Part shown: one piece after another, positions 26,859 to 34,283 of the stretch
How the letters are laid out: each line of letters starts with the position of its first letter
How positions within the stretch are numbered: the stretch's first letter is position 1
NCBI GenBank assembly: GCA_018816985.1
Contig: JAHIVA010000049.1
Coordinates: 2,466 to 66,465 of the forward strand
DNA from: Patescibacteria group bacterium
GTDB lineage: Bacteria; Patescibacteriota; Minisyncoccia; Phycocordibacterales; UBA9973
Reading direction: 5' to 3'
DNA length: 64,000 nucleotides
The notes under the pieces: generated by a model
Databases searched by the model: none
What the model saw: only the letters and a program-made list of their open reading frames with translations
Told to the model about the DNA's origin: nothing
Made by a program: the position numbers and the translations under genes

Positions 26859-27044
26859 CTACCAACTTGACTTACGAACACCTGGTAACATTCCTTCATT
26901 GGCTAATTCCCGAAAACAAATACGACAAATACCAAAGTCTCTCATAAAAGCATTACCCCGCCCACAGCGAAAACAACGATTTTTAGCCCGAGTGGAAAAT
27001 TTTGGTTTCTTTAAAGCTCTTGCTTTGACTGATGTTTTTGCCAT
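26859..27044 (-). CDS. rpsN: 30S ribosomal protein S14, type Z (zinc-binding, 61 aa)
   Basis: [29 protein letters not shown]...CRICFRE has the two CxxC pairs. The upstream part of the ORF is rejected. Confidence 0.9.
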   Translation of the reverse strand: MAKTSVKARALKKPKFSTRAKNRCFRCGRGNAFMRDFGICRICFRELANEGMLPGVRKSSW

Positions 27045-27150
27045 AAATAAATATTGCCCATATATTAGGTGATATCTTGTGTGTTTTCTTAAAACCTCAT
27101 AGAAAGCCTTAAGGAGAAACACAGATCAAACCTAGCTTCTGGACCCTTTG

Positions 27151-27179
27151 ATACTAGCAAATTGGGCTTAATTAGTCAA
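27151..27179 (-). promoter_or_regulatory. Internal sigma70-like promoter upstream of rpsZ (TTGACT-17-TAGTAT)
   Basis: - strand TTGACTaattaagcccaatttgcTAGTAT. It shares AATTTGYTAGTAT with the tuf and rpsS promoters. About 100 nt of leader follow. Confidence 0.5.
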
Positions 27180-27182
27180 CTT

Positions 27183-27770
27183 TTATTTTTTATTTTCTTC
27201 CTCCTTTTTAAAAGGAATCCCTAAGATTTCAAAAAAAGCGGTACCTTCTTTTTTATTCTTAGCAGAAGAAACCAGTGTAATAGACATACCAAAAATATCC
27301 CTAATATCTTCATCAGCTGTTTCCGGAAAAATCGTATGCTCTCTTATCCCGATAGTTAAATTGCCAATATTATCTACTGCCACACGATTAATACCACGAA
27401 AATCTTTTGTTCTAGGAAGAGCAATATTAATAAGTTTCTCTAAAAAAGAATACATTCTCTTGCCCCGTAAAGTAACAACAATTCCGACTGGATCACCCTG
27501 ACGAATCTTGAAAGAAGAAATGGATTGTTTAGCTCCGCGAAAAGCAGTTTTTTGACCAGTAATTTTCGCCAAACGGTCACCAATATCTTCATTTTTGTTC
27601 TTATCTTTTTTTACCATCGTTCCAGTCCCAACATTAATAACGACTTTCATCATTCTTGGAGCAGCCAAAATATTTTTAAAATGAAACTCCGAGCCTAACG
27701 CCCCAGTAAAGTTTTTCATTTTTTCAAAAGCCTCTCTTTCTTTTTCTTTTACAGTTAATTGTTTTGTCAT
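27183..27770 (-). CDS. rplE: 50S ribosomal protein L5
   Basis: 195 aa. KVVINVGTG... and operon position. Confidence 0.9.
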   Translation of the reverse strand: MTKQLTVKEKEREAFEKMKNFTGALGSEFHFKNILAAPRMMKVVINVGTGTMVKKDKNKNEDIGDRLAKITGQKTAFRGAKQSISSFKIRQGDPVGIVVTLRGKRMYSFLEKLINIALPRTKDFRGINRVAVDNIGNLTIGIREHTIFPETADEDIRDIFGMSITLVSSAKNKKEGTAFFEILGIPFKKEEENKK

Positions 27771-27774
27771 ATGT

Positions 27775-27996
27775 TTATTTATCTAATTTTTTAACGTTTG
27801 AAACATCAATCGGCATCGCTATATTAACCATACTTCCCTTCTCCCCAGACTTCCTTGGGCGCTGATGTTTTTTCATCATATTTAATCCTTCGACAATAAC
27901 CTTATTTTCTTTAACTAAAACACGAACAATCTTCCCAGATTTTCCTTTATCTTTTCCTGTTATCACTTTTACATTTTCTCCTTTTTTTATTTTCAT
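27775..27996 (-). CDS. rplX: 50S ribosomal protein L24
   Basis: MKIKKGENVKVITGKDKGKSGKIVRV (KOW motif). The longer start at 28014 would run into the hairpin. Confidence 0.9.
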   Translation of the reverse strand: MKIKKGENVKVITGKDKGKSGKIVRVLVKENKVIVEGLNMMKKHQRPRKSGEKGSMVNIAMPIDVSNVKKLDK

Positions 27997-28008
27997 ATAC
28001 TTTTTTGT

Positions 28009-28052
28009 GTACAAGGTCTTGCCTTTAAGATTGCCAAGGCAAGACCTTGTAC
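28009..28052. repeat. Family B hairpin copy 1 (17-bp stem)
   Basis: GTACAAGGTCTTGCCTT-taagattgcc-AAGGCAAGACCTTGTAC in the rplN-rplX spacer. The arm core AAGGYCTTGCCTT is shared with 31239-31275. Confidence 0.85.
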
Positions 28053-28056
28053 TCTT

Positions 28057-28428
28057 TTAAATTACTTCCTGCGCTAAAGAAATTATTTTTTGAAATCCTT
28101 TTTCAGCTAATTCTCTAGGAATCGGTCCAAAAACACGGCCCGCTTTCGGATCTTTTTTTCCTTTTTCCAAGATAACTACAGCATTATCATCAAAACGAAT
28201 ATAAGAACCGTCTTTACGTCGGTAGGCGCTCCTTGTGCGAACAACCACTGCTTGATGCACGTCTTTTTTCTTAACTCCTTTTCTTGGACTAGCTACTTTG
28301 ACCGAAATAATAACCAGCTCACCAAGCGTGGCATATCTTTTTTTTGAAGACCCTAAAATCTTAAACACCTTTCCTACGGTGCCTCCGGCATTGTCTGTTA
28401 TTTTTACTAAAGTTTCATTTTGTATCAT
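28057..28428 (-). CDS. rplN: 50S ribosomal protein L14
   Basis: MIQNETLVKITDNAGG is the classic L14 start. Confidence 0.9.
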   Translation of the reverse strand: MIQNETLVKITDNAGGTVGKVFKILGSSKKRYATLGELVIISVKVASPRKGVKKKDVHQAVVVRTRSAYRRKDGSYIRFDDNAVVILEKGKKDPKAGRVFGPIPRELAEKGFQKIISLAQEVI

Positions 28429-28451
28429 TTTTGTCCGCTTAATGCGGGAAA

Positions 28452-28688
28452 TTATTTTTTAACTATTTTAAATCTTTTATCTTTTGATATTGGTCGAGTT
28501 TCAATTATTTCCACCTTATCGCCTATTTTTGATTCATTGTTCTCGTCGTGAGCTTTGAATTTTTTATTGACTTTATAAAACTTTCCATAAAGAGGATGTT
28601 TAACAAATCTGGACACAGAAACAACCACAGTTTTATTCATTTTATCTGAAACAACTATTCCTTTTATTTTTTTTGCTTTATTTTCCAT
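28452..28688 (-). CDS. rpsQ: 30S ribosomal protein S17
   Basis: [16 protein letters not shown]...HPLYGK motif. Confidence 0.9.
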   Translation of the reverse strand: MENKAKKIKGIVVSDKMNKTVVVSVSRFVKHPLYGKFYKVNKKFKAHDENNESKIGDKVEIIETRPISKDKRFKIVKK

Positions 28689-28691
28689 ATA

Positions 28692-28877
28692 TTACTTATT
28701 AATTTCTGTCAAAATCCTTGCTATTTGTTTTTTAAGAGCTGAGGCTTCTTTTACATTTTTTGATTTAGAACCTTCCGCCTTAAAATGCAGTACTCGCAAA
28801 TTTTCTTGTAAAAGGATGAGTTCTTTTTTAAGCTCATCTTTTTTCATCTCTTTGAAATTGTTAATTTTCTTTGCCAT
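28692..28877 (-). CDS. rpmC: 50S ribosomal protein L29
   Basis: 61 aa, helical, in the conserved position between rplP and rpsQ. Confidence 0.85.
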   Translation of the reverse strand: MAKKINNFKEMKKDELKKELILLQENLRVLHFKAEGSKSKNVKEASALKKQIARILTEINK

Positions 28878-28882
28878 ATATC

Positions 28883-28912
28883 TTAATTATTTATAGTGAA
28901 CCTGTCGAACTA
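28883..28912 (-). repeat. Family C stop-to-start linker copy (rplP stop to rpmC start)
   Basis: mRNA sense: TAG TTCGACAGGTTCACTATAAATAATTAA gatat ATG. Confidence 0.75.
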
Positions 28913-29338
28913 TTGATTATGAGCTCTGCTGATAATGCGTGTTTTTAGCGGAAGTTTAGAACCAGCTTTTCGTAAAGCTTCCTGCGCAACCTTTTCCTCC
29001 ACGCCATCTACTTCAAAAATAATTCGTCCAGGTAAAACATCAAAACAATATCCCTGTGGATCTCCTTTTCCTTTTCCCATACCTACTTCAGCCGCTTTGG
29101 CGGTAAAAGGACGGTCTGGAAAAATACGGATCCAGTATTTACCAGTTTTGGTCAAGGTACGAGAAATAACTTTTCGGGCAGATTCAATCTGAGTTGATTT
29201 TACTCGCGCCTGAGTTTCGGATTTTAAACCGAAAGAACCAAAAACCAACTTAATACCACGCGTATCTGCTGTCCGTGCTTTTGGATTAGAGCGTCCCGTT
29301 TGCCATTTTCTAAATTTTACTTTTTTAGGAGTTAACAT
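28910..29338 (-). CDS. rplP: 50S ribosomal protein L16
   Basis: MLTPKKVKFRKWQTGR. Confidence 0.9.
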   Translation of the reverse strand: MLTPKKVKFRKWQTGRSNPKARTADTRGIKLVFGSFGLKSETQARVKSTQIESARKVISRTLTKTGKYWIRIFPDRPFTAKAAEVGMGKGKGDPQGYCFDVLPGRIIFEVDGVEEKVAQEALRKAGSKLPLKTRIISRAHNQ

Positions 29339-29342
29339 AAAT

Positions 29343-30053
29343 TTAATCAGAATCTGTCTTAGTGTTATTTTCTAATGATTCATTTTTTTTCGTATTTTTA
29401 TCGCTAAAAATTTTACCCCGATATATCCAAACTTTAATCCCCACTACTCCATAGGAAAGAGTAGCCCGTTCACGCTTAAAATCAATATCCGCGCGGAAGC
29501 TCTGAAGCGGAACAGATCCTCGTTTCAATTCTTCGGTACGGGCAATTTCGGCTCCCCCCAGTCGGCCGGACAAAACAATTCTGGCACCTTCTACTCCATG
29601 AGCCTGCATAACTTTTTCAATAATTTGCTTAATGACTCGGCGATAAGGCATTCTTTTTTCCAACCCTTCGGCAATCATATAAGCAACAATAGCGGCATCA
29701 GCTTCTGGATTAGAAACTTCAAGGATTTCAAGTTTAAAATCCTCTGGTCGAACCAATTTCAATTTATCCATTTTCTTTAAAATATCTTCTTTGAGCTTGG
29801 TCGCTCCCTCACCACTTCGGCCGATTAAAAGGCCCGGTCGGGAAGTCTTAACTATGAAACGAGTCGCTTTTCTACTTCTCTCAATTTCAATACTAGAAAT
29901 ATACATCCCTCGTAATTTTTTCTCTAAATATTGACGTATTAAAACATCTCCTTTTAAATAAGAAATATATTTTTTAGGATCAGCAAACCAACGAGACTTC
30001 CAGTCTCTTAATATAATCAATCTATGTGCATATGGGTGAACTATTTTACTCAT
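29343..30053 (-). CDS. rpsC: 30S ribosomal protein S3
   Basis: KIVHPYAHRLIILRDWKSRWFA, plus KH and S3-C domains. Confidence 0.9.
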   Translation of the reverse strand: MSKIVHPYAHRLIILRDWKSRWFADPKKYISYLKGDVLIRQYLEKKLRGMYISSIEIERSRKATRFIVKTSRPGLLIGRSGEGATKLKEDILKKMDKLKLVRPEDFKLEILEVSNPEADAAIVAYMIAEGLEKRMPYRRVIKQIIEKVMQAHGVEGARIVLSGRLGGAEIARTEELKRGSVPLQSFRADIDFKRERATLSYGVVGIKVWIYRGKIFSDKNTKKNESLENNTKTDSD

Positions 30054-30055
30054 AA

Positions 30056-30388
30056 TTATTTAACTTTTTTTTCTGCTAAAAGAATATTCAGGTGGCTAGT
30101 ACGCTTATTTATCCTGTGCCCTGAGCCCATAGCTGCCGGCATCATTCTTTTCATTGTAATACCTTTATCTACTCGCAATTCTTTGATAAATAAATTATTC
30201 GCCTCCATTCCCTTTTCTTTAGCATTGGCGACAGCGGAAAGTAAAAGTTTTTTAATCGGTAACCCTGCACGTTTAGCTAAAAAATCAAGCTCAACAATTG
30301 CTTGCATTACGTTTTTACCCTTGATTAGTCCAGCTACTAAGCGAACTTTTCTCGGAGACTGTCTGTAATTTTTTAAAAATGCTTTCAT
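30056..30388 (-). CDS. rplV: 50S ribosomal protein L22
   Basis: YRQSPRKVRLVAGLIKGKNV. Confidence 0.9.
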   Translation of the reverse strand: MKAFLKNYRQSPRKVRLVAGLIKGKNVMQAIVELDFLAKRAGLPIKKLLLSAVANAKEKGMEANNLFIKELRVDKGITMKRMMPAAMGSGHRINKRTSHLNILLAEKKVK

Positions 30389-30392
30389 TGTT

Positions 30393-30425
30393 TTAATAAT
30401 TATTTATAGTGAGCCTGTCGAATTA
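30393..30425 (-). repeat. Family C stop-to-start linker copy (rpsS stop to rplV start)
   Basis: mRNA sense: TAA TTCGACAGGCTCACTATAAATAATTATTAAAACA ATG. Confidence 0.75.
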
Positions 30426-30776
30426 TTTTTTCTCGCCCTTAGCGTCCTCGGAGACGGCAGTCGCAGACTTAGCTTGAGTTATTTCGGCTTCTTTCTTTTT
30501 CATTTCCAATTCTTTCTGCATCTTTCCTCCGTGCTTCATAAATTTCTTAGTTGGGGAAAATTCACCTAATCGATGCCCCACCATATCTTCCGTGACCAAA
30601 ACTTCTATATGTGTTTTACCGTTATAAATACCAAAAGTAAAACCAAGCATCTCTGGAGAAATCACGCAGGCTCTCTTCCAAGTCTTCACCATCGGAGTTT
30701 GTAACGGGTTTTTGCCGGCAATCTTTTTCAAGAGCCTTTCATCAACATTTAATCCTTTTTTGATACTTCTAGTCAT
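30423..30776 (-). CDS. rpsS: 30S ribosomal protein S19 (with K/E-rich C-terminal tail)
   Basis: MTRSIKKGLNVDERLLKKI...GIYNGKTHIEVLVTEDMVGHRLGEFSPT. The upstream 17 codons of the ORF are rejected. Confidence 0.9.
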   Translation of the reverse strand: MTRSIKKGLNVDERLLKKIAGKNPLQTPMVKTWKRACVISPEMLGFTFGIYNGKTHIEVLVTEDMVGHRLGEFSPTKKFMKHGGKMQKELEMKKKEAEITQAKSATAVSEDAKGEKK

Positions 30777-30802
30777 GTATTTTTTCTTTAGACAAACAAA
30801 AC

Positions 30803-30818
30803 GGCTCTCATTTGAGCC
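30803..30818 (-). promoter_or_regulatory. Hairpin plus U-tract at the predicted 5' end of the rpsS transcript
   Basis: - strand GGCTC-aaatga-GAGCC followed by gttttgtttg. It begins about 7-8 nt after the -10 box. Confidence 0.45.
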
Positions 30819-30825
30819 TTGAATC

Positions 30826-30853
30826 ATACTAACAAATTCAAGAAAAAAGTCAA
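30826..30853 (-). promoter_or_regulatory. Sigma70-like promoter restarting the operon at rpsS (TTGACT-16-TAGTAT)
   Basis: - strand TTGACTtttttcttgaatttgtTAGTAT is nearly identical to the tuf promoter at 35613-35640. Confidence 0.55.
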
Positions 30854-30866
30854 TAAAAACACGAAA

Positions 30867-30887
30867 GGCTCAATTTTCCTTTGAGCC
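30867..30887 (-). terminator. Intrinsic-terminator-like hairpin ending the rplB-proximal transcript
   Basis: - strand GGCTCA-aaggaaaat-TGAGCC followed by tttcgtgttttt. Confidence 0.5.
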
Positions 30888-31285
30888 GTTTAAAATATTT
30901 AAAATTGTGTGGGGTTCGGAGAGAGATAAACTCTTCCGAACCCCGAGCACTTGACGCTATTTATTGTTTGGATGCTGATACTTTTTCAAGTCGCCCCCCC
31001 CTCCTACCTTTTTTGGGAGGTAATCCCCTTGCCTCCCGGAGTTTTTTTATCATCGCCTTTTTCGTGGAGTTGCCCCTATTTTTCAAAAAAGAGTGGCACA
31101 TTTTTCAATCCTCCAAAAAGTAGTGGGAAACCTGTTCCCCCATCGGTCAAGACACCGACAGTACAAAGAACAGGCTTTATTTATCTGTAACACATATTAT
31201 CAATGCAAGCAATAGAAAATGTGGAAAACTTTCTCCTCAAGGCCTTGCCTTGGGCTCCCCTTAAGGCAAGGCCTTTTTTCGAAAA
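30888..31285. ncRNA. Unassigned structured G+C-rich non-coding region between rplB and rpsS (strand and identity unknown)
   Basis: Several stable helices, a C8 tract and no credible ORF. See the findings for details. Confidence 0.3.
31239..31275. repeat. Family B hairpin copy 2 (13-bp stem)
   Basis: AAGGCCTTGCCTT-gggctcccctt-AAGGCAAGGCCTT, immediately after the rplB stop and followed by TTTTTT on the + strand. Confidence 0.85.
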
Positions 31286-32125
31286 TTATTTATTCTTCCC
31301 GGTCTTTCTCCTAGAAACCATAAAGACATTTGAGTATTTTTTTGGTCCACGAGTTTTGCGTCCGCCGGTAACTTTACCCCACTTTGTTTTCGGTCTCTTA
31401 GTTCCGCGCCCTTGTCTGCCTTCTCCACCTCCATATGGATGGTCAACCGGATTCATTGCTGTACCGCGAACTGTCGGACGAATGCCTTTCCAGCGACTCC
31501 GTCCAGCTTTGCCGTAATTTTCCAAATGATGTTCTTCGTTGGAAACAGTCCCGACACAAGCCCAACAATTTTCATTTATTTTTCTTATTTCAGTAGAAGG
31601 CATTTTCAGATTGGTGTAACCATCAGCATTGGCCACCACTTGCGCGAAAATTCCTGCCGAACGACCAATCTTAGCACCTCCCTCTCTTTTAATTTCAATA
31701 TTATAAACAAAAGTTCCAACTGGAATATTTTTTAAAGGCAATCTGTTGCCTGTTTTAACTTCTGCTTTTTCAGAAACAATAAAAGAATCACCAGCTTTCA
31801 CAGACTTAGGTAAAATTACATATCTTTTTTCTCCATCTTTATAAACAGCCAATCCAATAAAAGCCGAGCGATTTGGATCATATTCAATAGTTTTTATTTT
31901 AGCTAAAATGTCTTTTTTATTATACAAAAAATCAACGGCGCGATAGAGGCGTTTGTGCCCGCTACCTTTATGCCTCATGGTAATACGTCCAGCACTATTT
32001 CTGCCGACGCTACGCCTGAAACCATAAGTCAGTGATTTAGTCGGTTTTGACTTGGTTAAAATTTCGCGGTAGTTCACGTTGGTCATTTGCCTTCTTGATT
32101 TGGTTGTTGGTTTGTATGTTTTCAT
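31286..32125 (-). CDS. rplB: 50S ribosomal protein L2
   Basis: GRNSAGRITMRHKGSGHKRLYR and GTAMNPVDHPYGGGEG. Confidence 0.95.
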   Translation of the reverse strand: MKTYKPTTKSRRQMTNVNYREILTKSKPTKSLTYGFRRSVGRNSAGRITMRHKGSGHKRLYRAVDFLYNKKDILAKIKTIEYDPNRSAFIGLAVYKDGEKRYVILPKSVKAGDSFIVSEKAEVKTGNRLPLKNIPVGTFVYNIEIKREGGAKIGRSAGIFAQVVANADGYTNLKMPSTEIRKINENCWACVGTVSNEEHHLENYGKAGRSRWKGIRPTVRGTAMNPVDHPYGGGEGRQGRGTKRPKTKWGKVTGGRKTRGPKKYSNVFMVSRRKTGKNK

Positions 32126-32397
32126 TATATAAATTCTATCTTGTCACCCTTTTTTAAATATACCAAGGCTTTCCGACCACCACCCTTTGTCCCCTTTTTA
32201 CCTTTCCACATAACATTTTTCTTTGGCACAGTTAAAACATTTACTTTCACCGGCTTTACTTTATAAAGAGTAAAAATAGCTTTTTTGATTTCTGTCTTAT
32301 TAGCGGAAGCGGTAATATCAAAAGTGTAAACATTTTGTTCGGCGGAAAAAGATGCTTTCTCAGTAATTCTTGGATTTTTAATAATTTGTATTGTCAT
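32125..32397 (-). CDS. rplW: 50S ribosomal protein L23
   Basis: 90 aa. ITEKASFSAEQNVYTFDI...KTEIKKAI. Confidence 0.9.
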   Translation of the reverse strand: MTIQIIKNPRITEKASFSAEQNVYTFDITASANKTEIKKAIFTLYKVKPVKVNVLTVPKKNVMWKGKKGTKGGGRKALVYLKKGDKIEFI

Positions 32398-32406
32398 AAT
32401 GATTTT

Positions 32407-32456
32407 GTTCCCTAAGTCGAACTTAGGGGAAATCCCCTAAGTTCGACTTAGGGAAC
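32407..32456. repeat. Family A palindrome copy 3 (24-bp arms, 2-nt centre)
   Basis: GTTCCCTAAGTCGAACTTAGGGGA-aa-TCCCCTAAGTTCGACTTAGGGAAC in the rplW-rplD spacer. Confidence 0.9.
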
Positions 32457-32459
32457 TAT

Positions 32460-33119
32460 TTAACCTCTGGATTCTAAAAATTTAACTGCTTCGACTGGAT
32501 TTTCTATTAAAAGATATTGGTGGTTTAAAACATCTAATGGATTTAAGTTTTTTAGAAAAACTATTTGAAGCTGAGGCAAATTTCTAAAACTCTTTTCTAT
32601 TTTTTCATCACGCCCAAAAAGAGCTGTTAGGACTCGAGCTTTCTTTGAACTGCCCAGCGGTTTCAACCCAGAAGCTTTGGCTAAATTTTTCATAACTTCC
32701 ACTGCAGATTTTGTTTTTATTGAAGAGGTAGAAAGAGTATTAATAAAAATAATTTCTCCATCTTTAAACTTTTTAGAAAGAACTGAAAATAAAGCTTGCG
32801 CACGCATTTTCTTGGATATTTTTCTTTTGTAATTTTTTTCAGCCAAGGGTCCGTGAGTAACTCCTCCACCAACCCAAATAGGACTACGAGAAGACCCGTG
32901 TCGGGCTCGTCCGGTTCCTTTTTGTTTCCAGGGTTTCTTGCCTCCACCACGCACTTCTCCACGATCTTTAGTGTCGGCTGTTCCGGCGCGTTTATTTGAA
33001 CGCATTCCTTCCACTACTTGATGCACTAAATCTGCCCGCCATTTAGCAGCAAAAATTTTAGCAGGAAGATCTATTGATCCAGCCACTGCACCTTTTTGAT
33101 CATATATTTTTGTTTGCAT
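32460..33119 (-). CDS. rplD: 50S ribosomal protein L4
   Basis: MQTKIYDQKGAVAGSIDLP...KPWKQKGTGRARHGS. An alternative start lies at 33131. Confidence 0.9.
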   Translation of the reverse strand: MQTKIYDQKGAVAGSIDLPAKIFAAKWRADLVHQVVEGMRSNKRAGTADTKDRGEVRGGGKKPWKQKGTGRARHGSSRSPIWVGGGVTHGPLAEKNYKRKISKKMRAQALFSVLSKKFKDGEIIFINTLSTSSIKTKSAVEVMKNLAKASGLKPLGSSKKARVLTALFGRDEKIEKSFRNLPQLQIVFLKNLNPLDVLNHQYLLIENPVEAVKFLESRG

Positions 33120-33136
33120 TTTTGCTTCCATAAAAA

Positions 33137-33751
33137 TTATCTCTGTACTATTTCCACTAAAGTTCCACGGCGACCAGCAATTGCTCCCTTAACTAGCAGT
33201 AAATTGTTTTCCTTGTCTACAAAAATAACTTGCAGATTTTTCTGAGTAATACGATTAGAACCCATTCTACCTGCCATTCTCATTCCCTTAGGAACGTGGG
33301 TACGCAATCCTCCACCAATGCTTCCAGGCTCTCGTTCAGAATGTTTTTGACCGTGAGTTCGTGGACCGCCAGAAAAACCATGACGCTTTACTACACCTTG
33401 AAAGCCCTTACCCTTGGAAATACTGGATACTGATATCTTGTCTCCAGGAGTAAAGATTGAAACATCAATACTATCACCTTCTTTAACACTAACCGTATCT
33501 GCCGGTTTAAGTCTAAATTCTTTAAGAGTTTTATAAAAACCTCCTTTCATTGCTCCTGCTTGAGACTTTGTAATTCTTTCCTTTTTCTGCAACCCAAAAC
33601 CAACTTGCACAGAATCATAACCGTCTTTTGATTTTTCAAAAATTCTAGTTACGATACTGGGTGTGGCAGAAACAATAGAAACTGGAACAACTTCTCCAGT
33701 ATCGGAAAAATATTCTGTCATATTTTCTTTTATCCCCAAAATAAATTTCAT
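33137..33751 (-). CDS. rplC: 50S ribosomal protein L3
   Basis: GKGFQGVVKRHGFSGGPRTHGQ. Confidence 0.9.
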   Translation of the reverse strand: MKFILGIKENMTEYFSDTGEVVPVSIVSATPSIVTRIFEKSKDGYDSVQVGFGLQKKERITKSQAGAMKGGFYKTLKEFRLKPADTVSVKEGDSIDVSIFTPGDKISVSSISKGKGFQGVVKRHGFSGGPRTHGQKHSEREPGSIGGGLRTHVPKGMRMAGRMGSNRITQKNLQVIFVDKENNLLLVKGAIAGRRGTLVEIVQR

Positions 33752-33757
33752 GTTTTT

Positions 33758-33781
33758 TATGTGGCATTAAGCTCGTAGTTA
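33758..33781 (-). repeat. Conserved stop-to-start linker, family D copy 2 (rpsJ stop to rplC start)
   Basis: TATGTGGCATTAAGCTCGTAGTTA; see 24478-24501. Confidence 0.7.
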
Positions 33782-34240
33782 CATCATTTTCACATCAATA
33801 TCAACACCAGAAGGAAGAGTTAAATTAGTCAAAGCTTCAACGGTCTTAGGATTTGGATTGATGATATCAATTAATCTTTTATGCACTCTTATTTCAAATT
33901 GTTCTCGACTATTTTTGTAGATAAAAGCAGAACGATTAACTGTATATTTTTTAATTTCAGTTGGGAGTGGCACCGGACCTACTATCTGCGCATCATAACG
34001 AATAGCAGTGTCTATAATTTGTTTGACTGAGCTGTCAAGTATTTTACTTTCATAAGCTCGTACCCGAATGCGAAGTATCACCTTATTCTCACCTCCGACG
34101 ACATGAGTAGGTTTCTCTTTTTCTTTTTTTGAAGAAACTCTCGGTGTCTTAGGTGCTTTTACGGTTTTCACTGTTGTGGTTTTTGCCACTTTAGGTTTTT
34201 TTGTTTTTGTTTCTGTTATTGCCATGAACTTTTTCTCCAT
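33779..34240 (-). CDS. rpsJ: 30S ribosomal protein S10 with a Lys-rich N-terminal extension of about 50 aa
   Basis: The core is [25 protein letters not shown]...GPVPLPTE. The start is at 34240 or 34225, and the first ATG lies inside the palindrome. Confidence 0.85.
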   Translation of the reverse strand: MEKKFMAITETKTKKPKVAKTTTVKTVKAPKTPRVSSKKEKEKPTHVVGGENKVILRIRVRAYESKILDSSVKQIIDTAIRYDAQIVGPVPLPTEIKKYTVNRSAFIYKNSREQFEIRVHKRLIDIINPNPKTVEALTNLTLPSGVDIDVKMM

Positions 34241-34279
34241 AAGTTAGACTTAGGGGAATTCCCCTAAGTCTAACTTATG
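34238..34279. repeat. Family A palindrome copy 4 (42-bp perfect palindrome)
   Basis: CATAAGTTAGACTTAGGGGAA / TTCCCCTAAGTCTAACTTATG in the tuf-rpsJ spacer. Confidence 0.9.
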
Positions 34280-34283
34280 ATTT

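Noticed and set aside
30888-31238. RNase P RNA, SRP RNA or 6S RNA identity for the rplB-rpsS insert
   Set aside because: I looked on both strands for the P4 strands (GAGGAAAGUCC / ACAGAAnCCGGCUUA) and found only loose resemblances (ACAAAGAACAGGCTTTAT). The required long-range pairing partner is missing. No SRP domain IV motif (GGAA tetraloop with AGCA/GCAGCC) is present. The element is left unassigned.
30881-31517. Three + strand ORFs from the track (80, 79 and 104 aa) in and around the rplB-rpsS insert
   Set aside because: The products are low-complexity and rich in P, S and F. The ORFs are mutually overlapping, run antisense to the operon, and one overlaps rplB. They are typical shadow ORFs of a G+C-rich structured segment.
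25745-34279. CRISPR array interpretation of the repeated palindromes
   Set aside because: The copies are separated by 1-6 kb of essential genes, not by regular 30-40 nt spacers. Each copy is a single long palindrome. No cas genes are present.
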